This document shows positions 21,229-31,873 of a DNA stretch of 64,000 nucleotides, in pieces. The stretch spans positions 96,001 to 160,000 of the forward strand of contig JBMFNR010000003.1 in assembly GCA_049970055.1 (NCBI GenBank), in the 5' to 3' direction. Position numbers and translations under genes: made by a program. How positions within the stretch are numbered: the stretch's first letter is position 1; every line of letters starts with the position of its first letter. The notes under the pieces are model-generated. The model did no database searches, had not been told where the DNA came from, and saw nothing but the letters and a program-made list of their open reading frames with translations. The DNA is from Fervidobacterium sp. (GTDB lineage Bacteria; Thermotogota; Thermotogae; Thermotogales; Fervidobacteriaceae).

Positions 21229-22464
21229 TTATACTTTGATGTCTTCTAATCCAATTCTAAGTTCTTTATCAGGTGTTACATATGTTAACGACCATTGACC
21301 AGTAATGATTTCTTCATAAATTTTTTGCACATCCTCCTGAGTAACTTGCTTAATTCTTTCTGTGAGTTCTTCGATAGTTTTTGCTTCAATATCATTTGTT
21401 ATGTATTGAATATATAGCGACGTAAGAGCAGAGGTACTTTCAGTAAGTAATTCAAGCGAGCCAAGAAGTCTTCTCTTACCGTAATCAAACACCTTTTTCG
21501 TCAACTTAAAGTTTTTGAGAAGATTGAATAATTCTTTAACCAACCTTTTTGCATTTTCTGTGGAAGTTGCTGCATATATGGAATAAACTCCCCATTCTTT
21601 TGATTGTATGTTACTTGTCGATATATCATAAACAAGTCCCCTCTTTTCTCTGATATACTCAAAAAGCACAGAACTCATTCCACTTCCTAGTAATGTGTTA
21701 AGGACCATCGCGGGGTAAGTTTTTTCCTCTTCAGACAGTGAAATTCCCGGGTGTGAGAACAAAAAGTGTACTTGCTGCGTTTCACTAAACTTGTCGCAGA
21801 CTATCCCTTCCTTTAGGAAAGACTTATGTTTGGCTGTCTTGAATCCGTCCTCCAGATTCAGACTTTGCAATATTTTTAAGTCTCTTGATTCTACGTAACC
21901 TGCGATTATAACTTTAACATTGTAGGGGGTATACATGTCTTTATGGAAATTTATGATATCATCTTTTGTTATACTCTTTATCGTTCCCTCTGTTCCTATT
22001 ATAGATTTTGAATGCGGTCCATCTATTAAATTCTCAAAGAACTTATTGAATAACCTTTGTTCAGGAATTTCTTGCTCTGAGTAATATTCTTGAAGTATAA
22101 TACTTCTTTCCATTTCCACGTTGTTTTCAGTGAACTCGGGCTCAAAGACAAGTTCTCTTAGAATTCGGAATGCTGTTTTAAAAAATGTTGATGGAACTTT
22201 TGCATAGTAAACCGTGCTTTCTTTATCTGTCCAAGCATTCAGTACACCTCCAACTTGCTCAATTGGAAGCTTTATTTGTTTGAGTGTTCGTTTCTTAGTT
22301 TTTCGAAAAGCCGTATGTTCTATAAAATGAGAGATACCGAGTAAATGGTCCGGTTCATAAACCGAACCAGTTCCAACTATGAAAGCGATTGTAACCGATC
22401 TTACACCCTTTATTTCATAGTAGAAGATGTTTTCAGATAGTTGCTTAACCATTCTCTTGTTCAA
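21229..22464 (-). CDS. M16 (pitrilysin-family) zinc peptidase
   Basis: Inverted zinc motif [31 protein letters not shown]. Follows pnp. Start may be the ATG at 22452. Confidence 0.9.
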   Translation of the reverse strand: MNKRMVKQLSENIFYYEIKGVRSVTIAFIVGTGSVYEPDHLLGISHFIEHTAFRKTKKRTLKQIKLPIEQVGGVLNAWTDKESTVYYAKVPSTFFKTAFRILRELVFEPEFTENNVEMERSIILQEYYSEQEIPEQRLFNKFFENLIDGPHSKSIIGTEGTIKSITKDDIINFHKDMYTPYNVKVIIAGYVESRDLKILQSLNLEDGFKTAKHKSFLKEGIVCDKFSETQQVHFLFSHPGISLSEEEKTYPAMVLNTLLGSGMSSVLFEYIREKRGLVYDISTSNIQSKEWGVYSIYAATSTENAKRLVKELFNLLKNFKLTKKVFDYGKRRLLGSLELLTESTSALTSLYIQYITNDIEAKTIEELTERIKQVTQEDVQKIYEEIITGQWSLTYVTPDKELRIGLEDIKV

Positions 22465-24535
22465 TCCTCCTAAATTGAAGTCTACCAGCTTCGTCGATGT
22501 TGATAACTTCTACCTTTATAATGTCACCAACTTTGAATGAAGTTGGTTTAGCATTTCCAAGTTTACTTGCATGTGTCAGTCCAATCTTACCTGGCATAAT
22601 TTCAACGAATATACCATAATTCTCAACCCTTGTTACCTTTCCAGTATAAACATCGCCAACTTTTACATCTCTGAACATATTTTTAATGTATTCAACTGCT
22701 TCTTGTACCTTATCTGCATTTACACCACTAACTGTTACTTTTCCAGAAGAATCATCAATAGAAATCTCAACATCGAACATCTTTATTATAGACTTTATCG
22801 TTTTTCCACCAGGACCTATGAGCTCCCCGGATCTTGTTGGATCAATAAAGAACCAACTGATCCTTGGAGCGTAAGGTGAAAGTTCTTTGCGTGGTTCAGA
22901 AATAGTTGCGTACAGCTTATCAAGAATGAACATTCTTGCTTCCCGAGCTTGATATAGTGCTTCTCTTAGCAGATTCTCACTTACGCCTGATACTTTACAG
23001 TCCATCTGGAATGCCGTTATTCCATCCTTTGTTCCTGCTACTTTAAAGTCCATGTCACCCCAGTGGTCTTCAAGACCTATTATATCTGTTAGTATGATAC
23101 CCTTTCCCTCTTCAAGTATAAGTCCCATTGCAACACCCGCTACATGTTTTTTAATTGGTACTCCGGCATCCATAAGCGCGAGTGAGCCGGAACAAACCGT
23201 TGCCATAGATGAAGAACCGTTAGATTCAAGTATTTCAGACACAACCCTGATAACATAAGGGAATTCATCTTCAGGTGGAATTACTGCTTTAAGCGCTCTT
23301 TCAGCAAGGTGTCCATGACCTATTTCTCTTCTACTGGGACCTCTCAATGGTTTGACCTCACCTGTCGAGAACGGTGGAAAGTTATAATGTAGCATAAATC
23401 TCTTTGTTCCTTCTTCTAAGAGTGTATCTATAATCTGTTCTTCAGCTGGAGAACCAAGGGTTACGATACCAAGACTCTGCGTTTCACCTCTTGTAAATAA
23501 TGATGAACCGTGTGTTCTTGGAAGAAGTCCAACTTCACAAGTAATAGGCCTTATATCTTTTGGACCTCTACCGTCAGCTCTAATGCCTCGCTCAATTATA
23601 ATTTTTCTCATCAGCTTCTTAGAAACTTCATCGTACTTCTCTTTCAGTGGTATCACATATTCCTCCTGTTCTTCTTCTGGTATACTGTTATCTTCAAAGA
23701 ATTTTTTAACTATGCTTTCGTAATATTCATCTGCCATCTCAGCACGTTCTTGCTTGCCCCTGGCGAATATGCGTTTTTCTAGTTCGCTCATATCTATGTA
23801 TTCAGCAAATTTCTCAATTAATTCGACGTTGTATTTGGGCTCAGGTAATGCCATTTTTTCAACGTTGAATTCCTTTAGAATTTCCTCTTGGAATGTTACA
23901 ATCTCTTTTATAGCCTCATGGGCAGTCATAAGTGCTTTGAGCATTTCTTCTTCACTTACTTCTTTTGCTTCACCCTCAACCATTGTTATTGCGTCCTTCG
24001 TGCCAGCAACGACAATATCAATCTTACTTCTCTCAAGTTGCTCAGCATTTGGAAACACGATAAACTCACCGTCTACGTAGCCAATCTGTACTCCTGCCAC
24101 GATACCATCGAATGGGATCTTCGAAATATTCAAAGCAAGTGAAACAGCAGCTACCCCAAGTATATCTGTAGGACAATCTGGATCGACAGATAGAACTGTG
24201 ACGATAACTTGAACTTCGTTTCTTAAATTTTTTGGGAAGAGAGGTCTAATGGGCCTATCTATAAGCCGCGAAGAAAGTATCCCACTTTCAGATGGTTTAC
24301 TTTCACGTTTAACAAACCCGCCAGGGATCTTACCAGCAGCGTAAAATTTCTCCATGAATTCAACTGTCAGTGGCACAAAATCTATGCCTTCAGCAGTCTT
24401 ATCAGAAACGTTAACAGTTGCTAGTACAACGCTATCGCCAAATCTTGCCCAGATTGAACCAGCCGATTGTTTTGCAACTTTTCCATGCTGGAATACCCAT
24501 TCTTTTCCAAACAACGTTTTTTTCCACTCTTTCAT
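22445..24535 (-). CDS. pnp: Polyribonucleotide nucleotidyltransferase (PNPase)
   Basis: [43 protein letters not shown], plus KH and S1 domains. ATG at 24535 is 6 nt after GGAGGT. Confidence 0.96.
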   Translation of the reverse strand: MKEWKKTLFGKEWVFQHGKVAKQSAGSIWARFGDSVVLATVNVSDKTAEGIDFVPLTVEFMEKFYAAGKIPGGFVKRESKPSESGILSSRLIDRPIRPLFPKNLRNEVQVIVTVLSVDPDCPTDILGVAAVSLALNISKIPFDGIVAGVQIGYVDGEFIVFPNAEQLERSKIDIVVAGTKDAITMVEGEAKEVSEEEMLKALMTAHEAIKEIVTFQEEILKEFNVEKMALPEPKYNVELIEKFAEYIDMSELEKRIFARGKQERAEMADEYYESIVKKFFEDNSIPEEEQEEYVIPLKEKYDEVSKKLMRKIIIERGIRADGRGPKDIRPITCEVGLLPRTHGSSLFTRGETQSLGIVTLGSPAEEQIIDTLLEEGTKRFMLHYNFPPFSTGEVKPLRGPSRREIGHGHLAERALKAVIPPEDEFPYVIRVVSEILESNGSSSMATVCSGSLALMDAGVPIKKHVAGVAMGLILEEGKGIILTDIIGLEDHWGDMDFKVAGTKDGITAFQMDCKVSGVSENLLREALYQAREARMFILDKLYATISEPRKELSPYAPRISWFFIDPTRSGELIGPGGKTIKSIIKMFDVEISIDDSSGKVTVSGVNADKVQEAVEYIKNMFRDVKVGDVYTGKVTRVENYGIFVEIMPGKIGLTHASKLGNAKPTSFKVGDIIKVEVINIDEAGRLQFRRIEQENG

Positions 24536-24649
24536 ATACATACCTCCTACAATATCAGCATTTATCAGCAATATTTATCATATAATTTTATCATACAATT
24601 TACTATAAATGAATATATGAGCGCAAAAATAAAAAAATGCAAAAATCAA

Positions 24650-24686
24650 AAAAACACAAAAGCAGTTGGAAAACCAACTGCCTTTT
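24650..24686 (-). terminator. Rho-independent terminator ending the rnf operon
   Basis: Minus strand GCAGTTGG-TTTT-CCAACTGC followed by TTTTGTGTTTTTT, just past the rnfA stop. Confidence 0.8.
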
Positions 24687-24707
24687 CATTTTACATTCAG
24701 GAAAGAT

Positions 24708-25280
24708 TTATTTTATCATGCCTTGGAATCCCATGAATGCAAGGGACAGAAGTGACGCAGTTATCATGGAAATAGGAAGGTTTTGGAATGGTTTCGGAAT
24801 ATCATACAGTTCCAAACGCTCTCGAATTGTTGAAAATATTATCAAAGCAAGTAAAAATCCCATTCCCGCACCAAGTGCGTTGAAAATAGCCTCAAATAGG
24901 TTGTACTTAGATAAGCTGTTAACAATAGCGATGCCAAGGATGATACAGTTCGTTGTAATCAATGGAAGGTATATACCAAGCGCTTCGTAAAGCGTCGGAT
25001 TATTCTTTTTCAGGAATGCTTCAACAAATTGAACAAACGTGGCGATGATTAATATGAATACAATCGTTCTCAAAAACTCAAGATGCATTGCTATAAGTGC
25101 AATATCTAAAAACCAAGAAATAGCGGACGACATTACAAGAACAAATAAGACGGCAAGTCCCATGCCAAGTGCCGTTGATACCCTTTTTGAAACTCCTAAA
25201 AATGGACATATACCAAGAAATCTTACAAAAACATAGTTATTTATAAGCATTGCCGAGAGTAAGATTAGAAATAGTTTCAT
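24708..25280 (-). CDS. rnfA: Rnf electron transport complex subunit A
   Basis: NNYVFVRFLGICPFLGVS and YLPLITTNC. Confidence 0.93.
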   Translation of the reverse strand: MKLFLILLSAMLINNYVFVRFLGICPFLGVSKRVSTALGMGLAVLFVLVMSSAISWFLDIALIAMHLEFLRTIVFILIIATFVQFVEAFLKKNNPTLYEALGIYLPLITTNCIILGIAIVNSLSKYNLFEAIFNALGAGMGFLLALIIFSTIRERLELYDIPKPFQNLPISMITASLLSLAFMGFQGMIK

Positions 25281-25927
25281 TTTGATTCACCTACCTTGGA
25301 AGTTTCAGAGTGTTGTGCCTTCTTTTTTGCTCTTTCTTGATTATTAATAGAAATTGCGGCGAATAATGCGGAGAGTAACCCAAGTGTAAGGTATGCCCCC
25401 GGTGGAAGTATCATAACAAACATGTTAAAAGCTTTACCCCAAACTGAAATATCGAAAATGGAACCATTGCCGAGTAGTTCCCTGATACTTCCAAGTAGTG
25501 TCAAACTCAAAGTGAAGCCGACTCCCATTCCAAGCCCATCTAAGAGTGAATCTACTATACCGTGCTTGGAGGCGTAAGCTTCCGCGCGTCCCATAATGAT
25601 ACAATTGACAACTATAAGTGGTATGAAAAGTCCTAGCGTCTTCCACAAATCGTATGTAAACGCATGCATGAGTAAGTCTACAACCGTAACAAACGTTGCA
25701 ATAACTGTTATAAATATCGGAATTCTTATCTTCTCTGGAACGGTTTTCCTGATTGCTGATATAACAACATTAGACATAACAAGAACAACCGTTGCAGCTA
25801 TACCCATCCCAAAACCATTCTTTGCGCTTGTTGTTGTTGCAAGTGTCGGGCACATTCCGAGTACTTGAACGTATGTTGGGTTTTCTTTTATGATACCCTT
25901 TGTAAATTCTGTGATCTTCAAGGCCAT
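25277..25927 (-). CDS. rnfE: Rnf electron transport complex subunit E
   Basis: ENP..VQVLGMCPTLA, FIPLIVVNC..MGRAE, RELLG.G and ILPPGA. Confidence 0.93.
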   Translation of the reverse strand: MALKITEFTKGIIKENPTYVQVLGMCPTLATTTSAKNGFGMGIAATVVLVMSNVVISAIRKTVPEKIRIPIFITVIATFVTVVDLLMHAFTYDLWKTLGLFIPLIVVNCIIMGRAEAYASKHGIVDSLLDGLGMGVGFTLSLTLLGSIRELLGNGSIFDISVWGKAFNMFVMILPPGAYLTLGLLSALFAAISINNQERAKKKAQHSETSKVGESK

Positions 25928-26616
25928 CAGTTACCACCTCCTTGTATATATTTCTCTCTTAAGAATTTGTACATAGCATTTAGTGAACTTACCACAGCTC
26001 TTGGTGTTATTGTAGCACCTGTCATTACATCTGAAACTTTTGCTACACCTACTGTTTTAGCCTCTTCCGGATCAGAAAACTGCTTACCGGAATCTTTATC
26101 AACTTTCAAGCCATTTTTTAGTCCTGATTCTGGTATGGGATAAAACCTAGCTTGGATATTTTGTTCTGCAATCTTCGCACCAAGTCCCGGGGTTTCTTGC
26201 GAGTAATCGAGTACTTTTATTTTGTAGAGCGATAATTCTCCATTTTCGTTCTTGAAAGCTGCCATTGTGAGTACTTTACCACCATATCCAATAGCATAGC
26301 CAGAGAGTACATAGTATTTCACACTGTTCGATTCAAATTCATATACTGGTGAAATTACTGTTCCGAAACCATCCGTGTATAATTCTTTACCCATATCGGT
26401 CCTTTTATCAATTACCGTTTTTTTAATTGTGTCAATATCAACAATTTCTGTACCATCATCGCTTTTTAAAAGAAATTCCATGGATTTTATAACATTATCC
26501 AATTCAGCCTCTGCGATCCTTTGCTCCGTTGTTTGATAAACAAGTGCAAGAGCGATACCAGCAACGAGAGTATAAATCATTAATGTGAGACTAATTTTAA
26601 GTGTCTCTTTTTTCAT
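25927..26616 (-). CDS. rnfG: Rnf electron transport complex subunit G
   Basis: N-terminal anchor, GYGG, ETPGLG, and FMN attachment motif TGATIT. Confidence 0.92.
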   Translation of the reverse strand: MKKETLKISLTLMIYTLVAGIALALVYQTTEQRIAEAELDNVIKSMEFLLKSDDGTEIVDIDTIKKTVIDKRTDMGKELYTDGFGTVISPVYEFESNSVKYYVLSGYAIGYGGKVLTMAAFKNENGELSLYKIKVLDYSQETPGLGAKIAEQNIQARFYPIPESGLKNGLKVDKDSGKQFSDPEEAKTVGVAKVSDVMTGATITPRAVVSSLNAMYKFLREKYIQGGGN

Positions 26617-27590
26617 TGAGCTCGCCTCCCAAATATTTTCGGCTGAGTATACCTATCGATCATCGGTACCAATGCGTTCATAAGTAGAATGGACAAGGAT
26701 ACTCCTTCTGGATATCCCCCAAAATACCTGATAATCATTGTGAGTAGACCACAACCCAAGCCGAAGATCGCTTGCCCTTTTAATGTCATTGGGCTTGTTA
26801 CCATATCAGTTGCCATGAAGAGTGCACCAAGCATGAGCCCACCTGCGAATAAATGGAACATTGGTGAACCAAATTTTTCTGGATTGATGGTATAAAATAC
26901 AGAAGACATCAGAAGTACAGTACCTAAGTATGTGGCAGGTATAATAACTTTGATTCTTCCTCTGAAAACAAGATAGGTAAAACCAATGAGAAGTAGAATT
27001 GCGCTTGTTTCACCTATACATCCTCCGACATTTCCAAAAATAAGATCTACGTAACTTGTGGATTCCATAACTTTATTGAAACCTTGTAACTTCAATATAG
27101 CAAGCGGTGTAGCTGTTGTTTGAGCATCAGCTCCATACCAACCGGTAAATGATGCAAGCGGCCTATACCATGTAGTCATGGCTGTTGGAAATGATATTAA
27201 TAAAAATACCCTTGCTGCCAAAGCAGGGTTGAATATATTCTGTCCCAATCCACCAAAAGCGTGTTTAACAATTGCGATTGCAAATACAACACCTATTATT
27301 AGCACCCACCAAGGCGTTGCTGCGCTTACATTTAGTGCTAGAAGTAATCCTGTCACTGCAGCACTTCCGTTAGGTGTGAACTCTTTATCTTTTCTTAAAA
27401 CACGCATGATGAAAAATTCAATAAGCTCAGCACTTATCATTCCCATGATGGAAAGTAATAATGCGTATAAACCGAAGAAATAAGTTGCTCCAATAATAGC
27501 TGGTACGAGAGCTATCAATACATCGATCATTATCTTTCTTGTCGAATCTTCACTTCTCACGTGTGGTGCACTTGTAGTTAAAAGCTTCAT
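26613..27590 (-). CDS. rnfD: Rnf electron transport complex subunit D
   Basis: SAPH, FGGLGQNIFNPA, TTATPL (FMN site), GCIGETS and MATD.VTSP. Confidence 0.93.
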   Translation of the reverse strand: MKLLTTSAPHVRSEDSTRKIMIDVLIALVPAIIGATYFFGLYALLLSIMGMISAELIEFFIMRVLRKDKEFTPNGSAAVTGLLLALNVSAATPWWVLIIGVVFAIAIVKHAFGGLGQNIFNPALAARVFLLISFPTAMTTWYRPLASFTGWYGADAQTTATPLAILKLQGFNKVMESTSYVDLIFGNVGGCIGETSAILLLIGFTYLVFRGRIKVIIPATYLGTVLLMSSVFYTINPEKFGSPMFHLFAGGLMLGALFMATDMVTSPMTLKGQAIFGLGCGLLTMIIRYFGGYPEGVSLSILLMNALVPMIDRYTQPKIFGRRAQ

Positions 27591-28894
27591 TTTTTACCAC
27601 CTCGCAGTGTTCGATAAACTTTCTTCGCAAGTTTAATTGACTTTACGTGTTCCACGTTAGCTGGACATATATACGTACAAGAACCACATTCTATACAATC
27701 AAGTAAACCTATAGCTGCTGCTTCATCGTATTTCTTTTTTCTTGATAATAAGTCGAGTAAGTATGGCTGTAAGTTCATGGGACATACGTGAACACAGTAA
27801 GAACACCTTATACAATTCGTAGATTCTCTTTTCTGTTCTTTTATAACAGTAATACCATTATTACCTTTGAGTATGGGAGTATCCAAAGATGAAACTGGAA
27901 TCCCCGTCATAGGTCCACCCATGAGTAATTTTATTTCCTCCAAGCCCTCAACAAAACCTCCAGCAAGCTCGCTGATAATCCATGAAATTGGTGTGCCTAT
28001 TCTGACCCACCAATTGCCACGTTTCTTCACACCTTCCCCCGTTAATGTTAGCCCTCTTTCGATTAGTGGTTTACCATCGATGATAGCTTCTTTAATTGCG
28101 ATCATTGTGCTGACATTTTGAACTACTACACCAACATCGGCGGGCAGACCTCCGCTTGGGACTTCCCTTCCGGTTATAGTTTTAATTAATTGTTTTTCCG
28201 CCCCTTGTGGGTACTTTGTTCTAAGGGCTGCGACTTTCACTTTTCCATTCCACTCTTTTTCTAAAAGTTCAATGGCGTCTTTTTTATTTTCTTCAATACC
28301 TATATAAACATCTCTAACCCCAAGGATCTTCTTTACTATTTCAATCCCTACAAGTAAATCATCGTACATTTCAAGCATCACTCTATGATCAATAGTCAGA
28401 TATGGTTCACACTCAGCTCCGTTTATGATGAGTGTGTCTACTGGTTTTGGAGGGTTAAGTTTTACATGTGTAGGGAACATAGCACCGCCAAGACCCACAA
28501 TTCCTGCTTTCTTGATTATTTCTAACAATTCCTCTTTAGAAGCTTTTTGATAATCGAGCTTGGGTAAAAGTTCCCATTCGTCTTCTTTCGTTCTTTCGAT
28601 CGTAATAGCTTCAACAGCCATTCCGTGTATACTACTATTTACTTTGGCGATGCTAAGAACTTTTCCAGTAACAGGGGAGTGCACATATGCCGAGATTGGA
28701 CCTTGCGGTTCACCTATAATCTGTCCGGTTTTGACTTCTTGACCTACCTCAACCACAGGCTTAGCAGGAGCTCCTGCATGCTGAGCCATGAAAACTACGA
28801 CTTTATCAGGTAATGGGGCCTTTTGTATATTTTCGTGCTCTGTTAGTTTTTTTTCCGGTGGATGAACACCGCCTTTAAATGTTAACAATCTCAC
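27587..28894 (-). CDS. rnfC: Rnf electron transport complex subunit C
   Basis: FKGGVHP, GLGGAMFPT, NGAECEPY, YPQGAEKQ and two CxxCxxCxxxCP motifs. GTG start after GGGAGG. Confidence 0.95.
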   Translation of the reverse strand: MRLLTFKGGVHPPEKKLTEHENIQKAPLPDKVVVFMAQHAGAPAKPVVEVGQEVKTGQIIGEPQGPISAYVHSPVTGKVLSIAKVNSSIHGMAVEAITIERTKEDEWELLPKLDYQKASKEELLEIIKKAGIVGLGGAMFPTHVKLNPPKPVDTLIINGAECEPYLTIDHRVMLEMYDDLLVGIEIVKKILGVRDVYIGIEENKKDAIELLEKEWNGKVKVAALRTKYPQGAEKQLIKTITGREVPSGGLPADVGVVVQNVSTMIAIKEAIIDGKPLIERGLTLTGEGVKKRGNWWVRIGTPISWIISELAGGFVEGLEEIKLLMGGPMTGIPVSSLDTPILKGNNGITVIKEQKRESTNCIRCSYCVHVCPMNLQPYLLDLLSRKKKYDEAAAIGLLDCIECGSCTYICPANVEHVKSIKLAKKVYRTLRGGKK

Positions 28895-29134
28895 CTACCA
28901 CACCTCCCAAACGTCTGCAGATTGTAATAGATTGCATATATCACTGAATATACGAACAAGCGTAGTAAATAAATAAAATAGATTAAGCTTATCTAATATT
29001 CTACGTAAAATTATACGTGAAAATCACATTTTAGTGTTAAACGGCCGTTAATTTTTCAGCTACTAAAATTATAATATCAGGTATGAAATTATCTTAAACC
29101 TTAAAATACGCCGATTTTCTATGCTTTCAAAGAA

Positions 29135-29917
29135 TTAGAAAGGGTAGTATAGATATTTATCTTCATATCTAAGCACAAGTAAATTTTTCAACTGTACGTC
29201 TTTAAATTTTTGGTCTGAAAAGTTTCTAGGACCAAATTGGACTATCAGTTTTCTCCCGTGTGTTATTTTAACCATTTGTGCGATTTGTAGTGGAACGTTT
29301 ACATAATACGCAAAAAATTTAATTTTTGATATTTCATACCTTTCCTTCAATTTGCTTAGAGCATTCAAAATGTTTTCTCGTTCAACATACTGTGCAGGGT
29401 TGTAAACAGAGTAATTAACCTGAGATAACACGTTTGACTCATACTTAACCATTTTGAACGCAAAGGTAAAATTTTTAGTAAGAGCTGAATTTGAAAGTGT
29501 GGGTACTCTTTCAATGGTTGGATTATTTAACAAAATTCTGGAACTATCGATAAGTAATGTTACTTTTTCAATCAGTTCTGAACTATTATAAGATGTATAC
29601 CCTTCAAATTTTTCTTCTAAAAAAGGAGGGGCTTTTTCAAGCTCCACGCTTAACACTTTTTGATAAAAATCATTGGATGTTAAATTAATAATGGATAAAT
29701 TCATCTTGTTGACTAGCAAAGAATTTACTGGCAAGTGATTTTGGGAAAACGTAATTTCTAAGACTTTTGGACAAGTAAAACAAAAACCCCCAAAGTTAGC
29801 TTTAATAATCATTGGTAGATCCTTACCACGGGATGGTATTTTTAACTCTATATTAGTATATTTTATAAGCCCAAGCTCCATTTTTAGTGTTTCGATTACT
29901 TCTCTTGCGATGCGCAT
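29135..29917 (-). CDS. Hypothetical protein
   Basis: 260-aa ORF overlapping the upstream gene and filling the operon end. No motif recognised. Confidence 0.6.
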   Translation of the reverse strand: MRIAREVIETLKMELGLIKYTNIELKIPSRGKDLPMIIKANFGGFCFTCPKVLEITFSQNHLPVNSLLVNKMNLSIINLTSNDFYQKVLSVELEKAPPFLEEKFEGYTSYNSSELIEKVTLLIDSSRILLNNPTIERVPTLSNSALTKNFTFAFKMVKYESNVLSQVNYSVYNPAQYVERENILNALSKLKERYEISKIKFFAYYVNVPLQIAQMVKITHGRKLIVQFGPRNFSDQKFKDVQLKNLLVLRYEDKYLYYPF

Positions 29918-30384
29918 ATGTAATCAAGCGCTTTCTGGATCCGCTCAAATGGTTCCATGATATCTATTTTATTTGCATATTCTATTATTTTCTGAATTAT
30001 ACTATCATCGACTTTTGCACTTTCTTGAAATGTTATTCTAAAGCTTTTACTGCCTACCGTGACAATAACTTCGTTATTTTCTCTTTTTTCCGGTACTGTT
30101 TGTGGAAGCATTGTAAGCAGAACTAAGTTTTTATCAAAAAGAAGGGTTGGGTCTTCAACTAATAAAACCTCAGGTCTATTTTCTAATTTTTGAATGAGCC
30201 CCTTTGCAATTATTTCCACATGTAGGTAATATTCTAGGGAACTTCCGTAAATGATCTCCTGCAATTTTGTAGGAATAACTGGTTCGGAATATTTAAATTC
30301 AACAGGAATGCCAAAATCATTTATCACAAGGGCTCCACCGAGGTGCTTAGTGTCAATTTTTTGAACGGAAAGATAACCTATCAT
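29896..30384 (-). CDS. Conserved-looking hypothetical protein
   Basis: 162 aa, ATGA overlap with the upstream gene. GGALV....G.P.EF.YSEPV.P..LQ.I.YG and EPFERI look like family motifs. Confidence 0.75.
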   Translation of the reverse strand: MIGYLSVQKIDTKHLGGALVINDFGIPVEFKYSEPVIPTKLQEIIYGSSLEYYLHVEIIAKGLIQKLENRPEVLLVEDPTLLFDKNLVLLTMLPQTVPEKRENNEVIVTVGSKSFRITFQESAKVDDSIIQKIIEYANKIDIMEPFERIQKALDYICASQEK

Positions 30385-30695
30385 ACTCTCACATCCAAAA
30401 TGTGTGAATCATCACGTCTTACTATATCCTTTTTTTCTTTACCTTCTTGTTTACTTTGTTTGGTGTATTCTCCTTGACTCTTTCCTTCTGTTGAACTTTG
30501 TATTTTCTTTTGCTCTGTACTATTAACACTTTTAGGAGAAGTGAGTTCCTGCTGTATGCGTTTTTCAACACTTTGAGCACTTTGCATAAGCGCAGCTTGA
30601 GCTGTGTATTGCTGCAAACTAACTATGTGCGAATTCTCGTACCCCACCTTTAATATTATCGTTTGATTTTGTACACCACTAATAGGCTCAGTCAT
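30381..30695 (-). CDS. Small Q/K/E-rich hypothetical protein downstream of fliA
   Basis: ATG at 30695 is 6 nt after GAGGTG and overlaps the fliA stop. Ends in HILDVRV. Confidence 0.7.
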   Translation of the reverse strand: MTEPISGVQNQTIILKVGYENSHIVSLQQYTAQAALMQSAQSVEKRIQQELTSPKSVNSTEQKKIQSSTEGKSQGEYTKQSKQEGKEKKDIVRRDDSHILDVRV

Positions 30696-31392
30696 ATTCA
30701 TCACCTCTAAGCATTTTACGTAGCTTAGAAAGTACACCGGTGATTATTTGAGACACGCGTGATTCTGTAACACCAAATACTTCAGCAATTTCCTTCAACG
30801 AGAGTTCATGTTCGTACCTCATGCTCAGCATCATTTTTTCTTTATCATCTAACTTGTTTATCGCCTCAATCAGCTGTTCGTAAAGTATAGATTTCCATGC
30901 GTTTTCTTTGACATTTTCTTCACTCTTGACTTCGATTGGTGCGTATGATATCTCTTCGGACTCAAAAAGGTATTGATCTAAATTCAAATATTGTTTTAGC
31001 GCTAATTCACTATATATCTCCTTCACATCCTCAGAACTCATACCCAATCTCTCAGCCATTTCGTCGTAAGACGGAAATCGGTTGTACTCGTCATAAAAGT
31101 TCAAGATTTCTCTGTCGAGTCTCTTGATATCTTGTCTCACGTTTTTAGGTAAATAATCAATTCTTCTCAGATAATCGAGCATAGCCCCCTTTATTCTTGT
31201 ATAAGCAAATGTTTTAAACGTGGCACCGTGCCGCGGATCATATTTCTCAACAGCTTGTAATAAGGCAATTACACCCTCTTGGATTAAATCGTCGAGTTCA
31301 ACATTGTATGGGAGGTTAACTTTTAAGTCGCGTGCTATTCTTACAATCAACGGTAAGTATTGTTTTACAATGTTTTCTTTATCCATTATCAA
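30688..31392 (-). CDS. fliA: RNA polymerase sigma-28 factor FliA
   Basis: YLPLI..IA, DDLIQEG, FKTFAYTRIKGAMLDYLR and LSLKEIAEVFGVTESRVSQI. Confidence 0.93.
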   Translation of the reverse strand: MIMDKENIVKQYLPLIVRIARDLKVNLPYNVELDDLIQEGVIALLQAVEKYDPRHGATFKTFAYTRIKGAMLDYLRRIDYLPKNVRQDIKRLDREILNFYDEYNRFPSYDEMAERLGMSSEDVKEIYSELALKQYLNLDQYLFESEEISYAPIEVKSEENVKENAWKSILYEQLIEAINKLDDKEKMMLSMRYEHELSLKEIAEVFGVTESRVSQIITGVLSKLRKMLRGDEYD

Positions 31393-31868
31393 ATTTCCGT
31401 TACCTCCACAGCATCTCCCGTTTTGACTTTTCTGATCAACAACTTTCCTGTTTCTACATCGTATTCTATGCTCCTTGCCTTGTTTCCTCCTGTATCTTCC
31501 GAAAGAAGTTTTATACCATTTCTTTGTAAAGCTTTTTTAACCGCTTCCACGTTTCTTGCACCTATATCCATTGCTGACTGAAACATTGAAGCGCCACCAG
31601 CTATCTTTGCTTCAAGTCTATTTCTTTGGGCTCCCATTTTGAGCAATTCATCAACGATAATGTCTACTCCCGTATCAGCAAATTTACCTGGTGTACTTGT
31701 TGGTTTTCCGCCACTATCTGGTAGCATAACATGGACCATTGCGCCTACTTTTGCAATAGGATCTCGTACACAAACCCCAACACATGAACCAAGTCCAAGC
31801 GTTACCAATATAGCGGGATTGCGTTCAACAGCCCATTCTCCAATGCCTATTATTACTTTTTTCTTCAT
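31389..31868 (-). CDS. cheD: Chemoreceptor glutamine deamidase CheD
   Basis: TLGLGSCVGV, HVMLP, KFAD, AKIAGGA.MF, IGARN and EDTGG. Confidence 0.95.
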   Translation of the reverse strand: MKKKVIIGIGEWAVERNPAILVTLGLGSCVGVCVRDPIAKVGAMVHVMLPDSGGKPTSTPGKFADTGVDIIVDELLKMGAQRNRLEAKIAGGASMFQSAMDIGARNVEAVKKALQRNGIKLLSEDTGGNKARSIEYDVETGKLLIRKVKTGDAVEVTEI

Positions 31869-31873
31869 TTATC

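Noticed and set aside
24467..24990. Short plus-strand ORFs near rnfA as a hidden rnfB
   Set aside because: Wrong strand, no CxxCxxCxxxC motifs, and they overlap pnp or rnfA.
29095..29117. TAAA..GCCGAT sigma-28-like site on the plus strand
   Set aside because: Spacing is 11 rather than 15, and no plus-strand gene follows.
30858..30884. Sigma-28 promoter inside fliA (minus strand GGCGATAA)
   Set aside because: The -35 position reads TTTA rather than TAAA; too weak to call.
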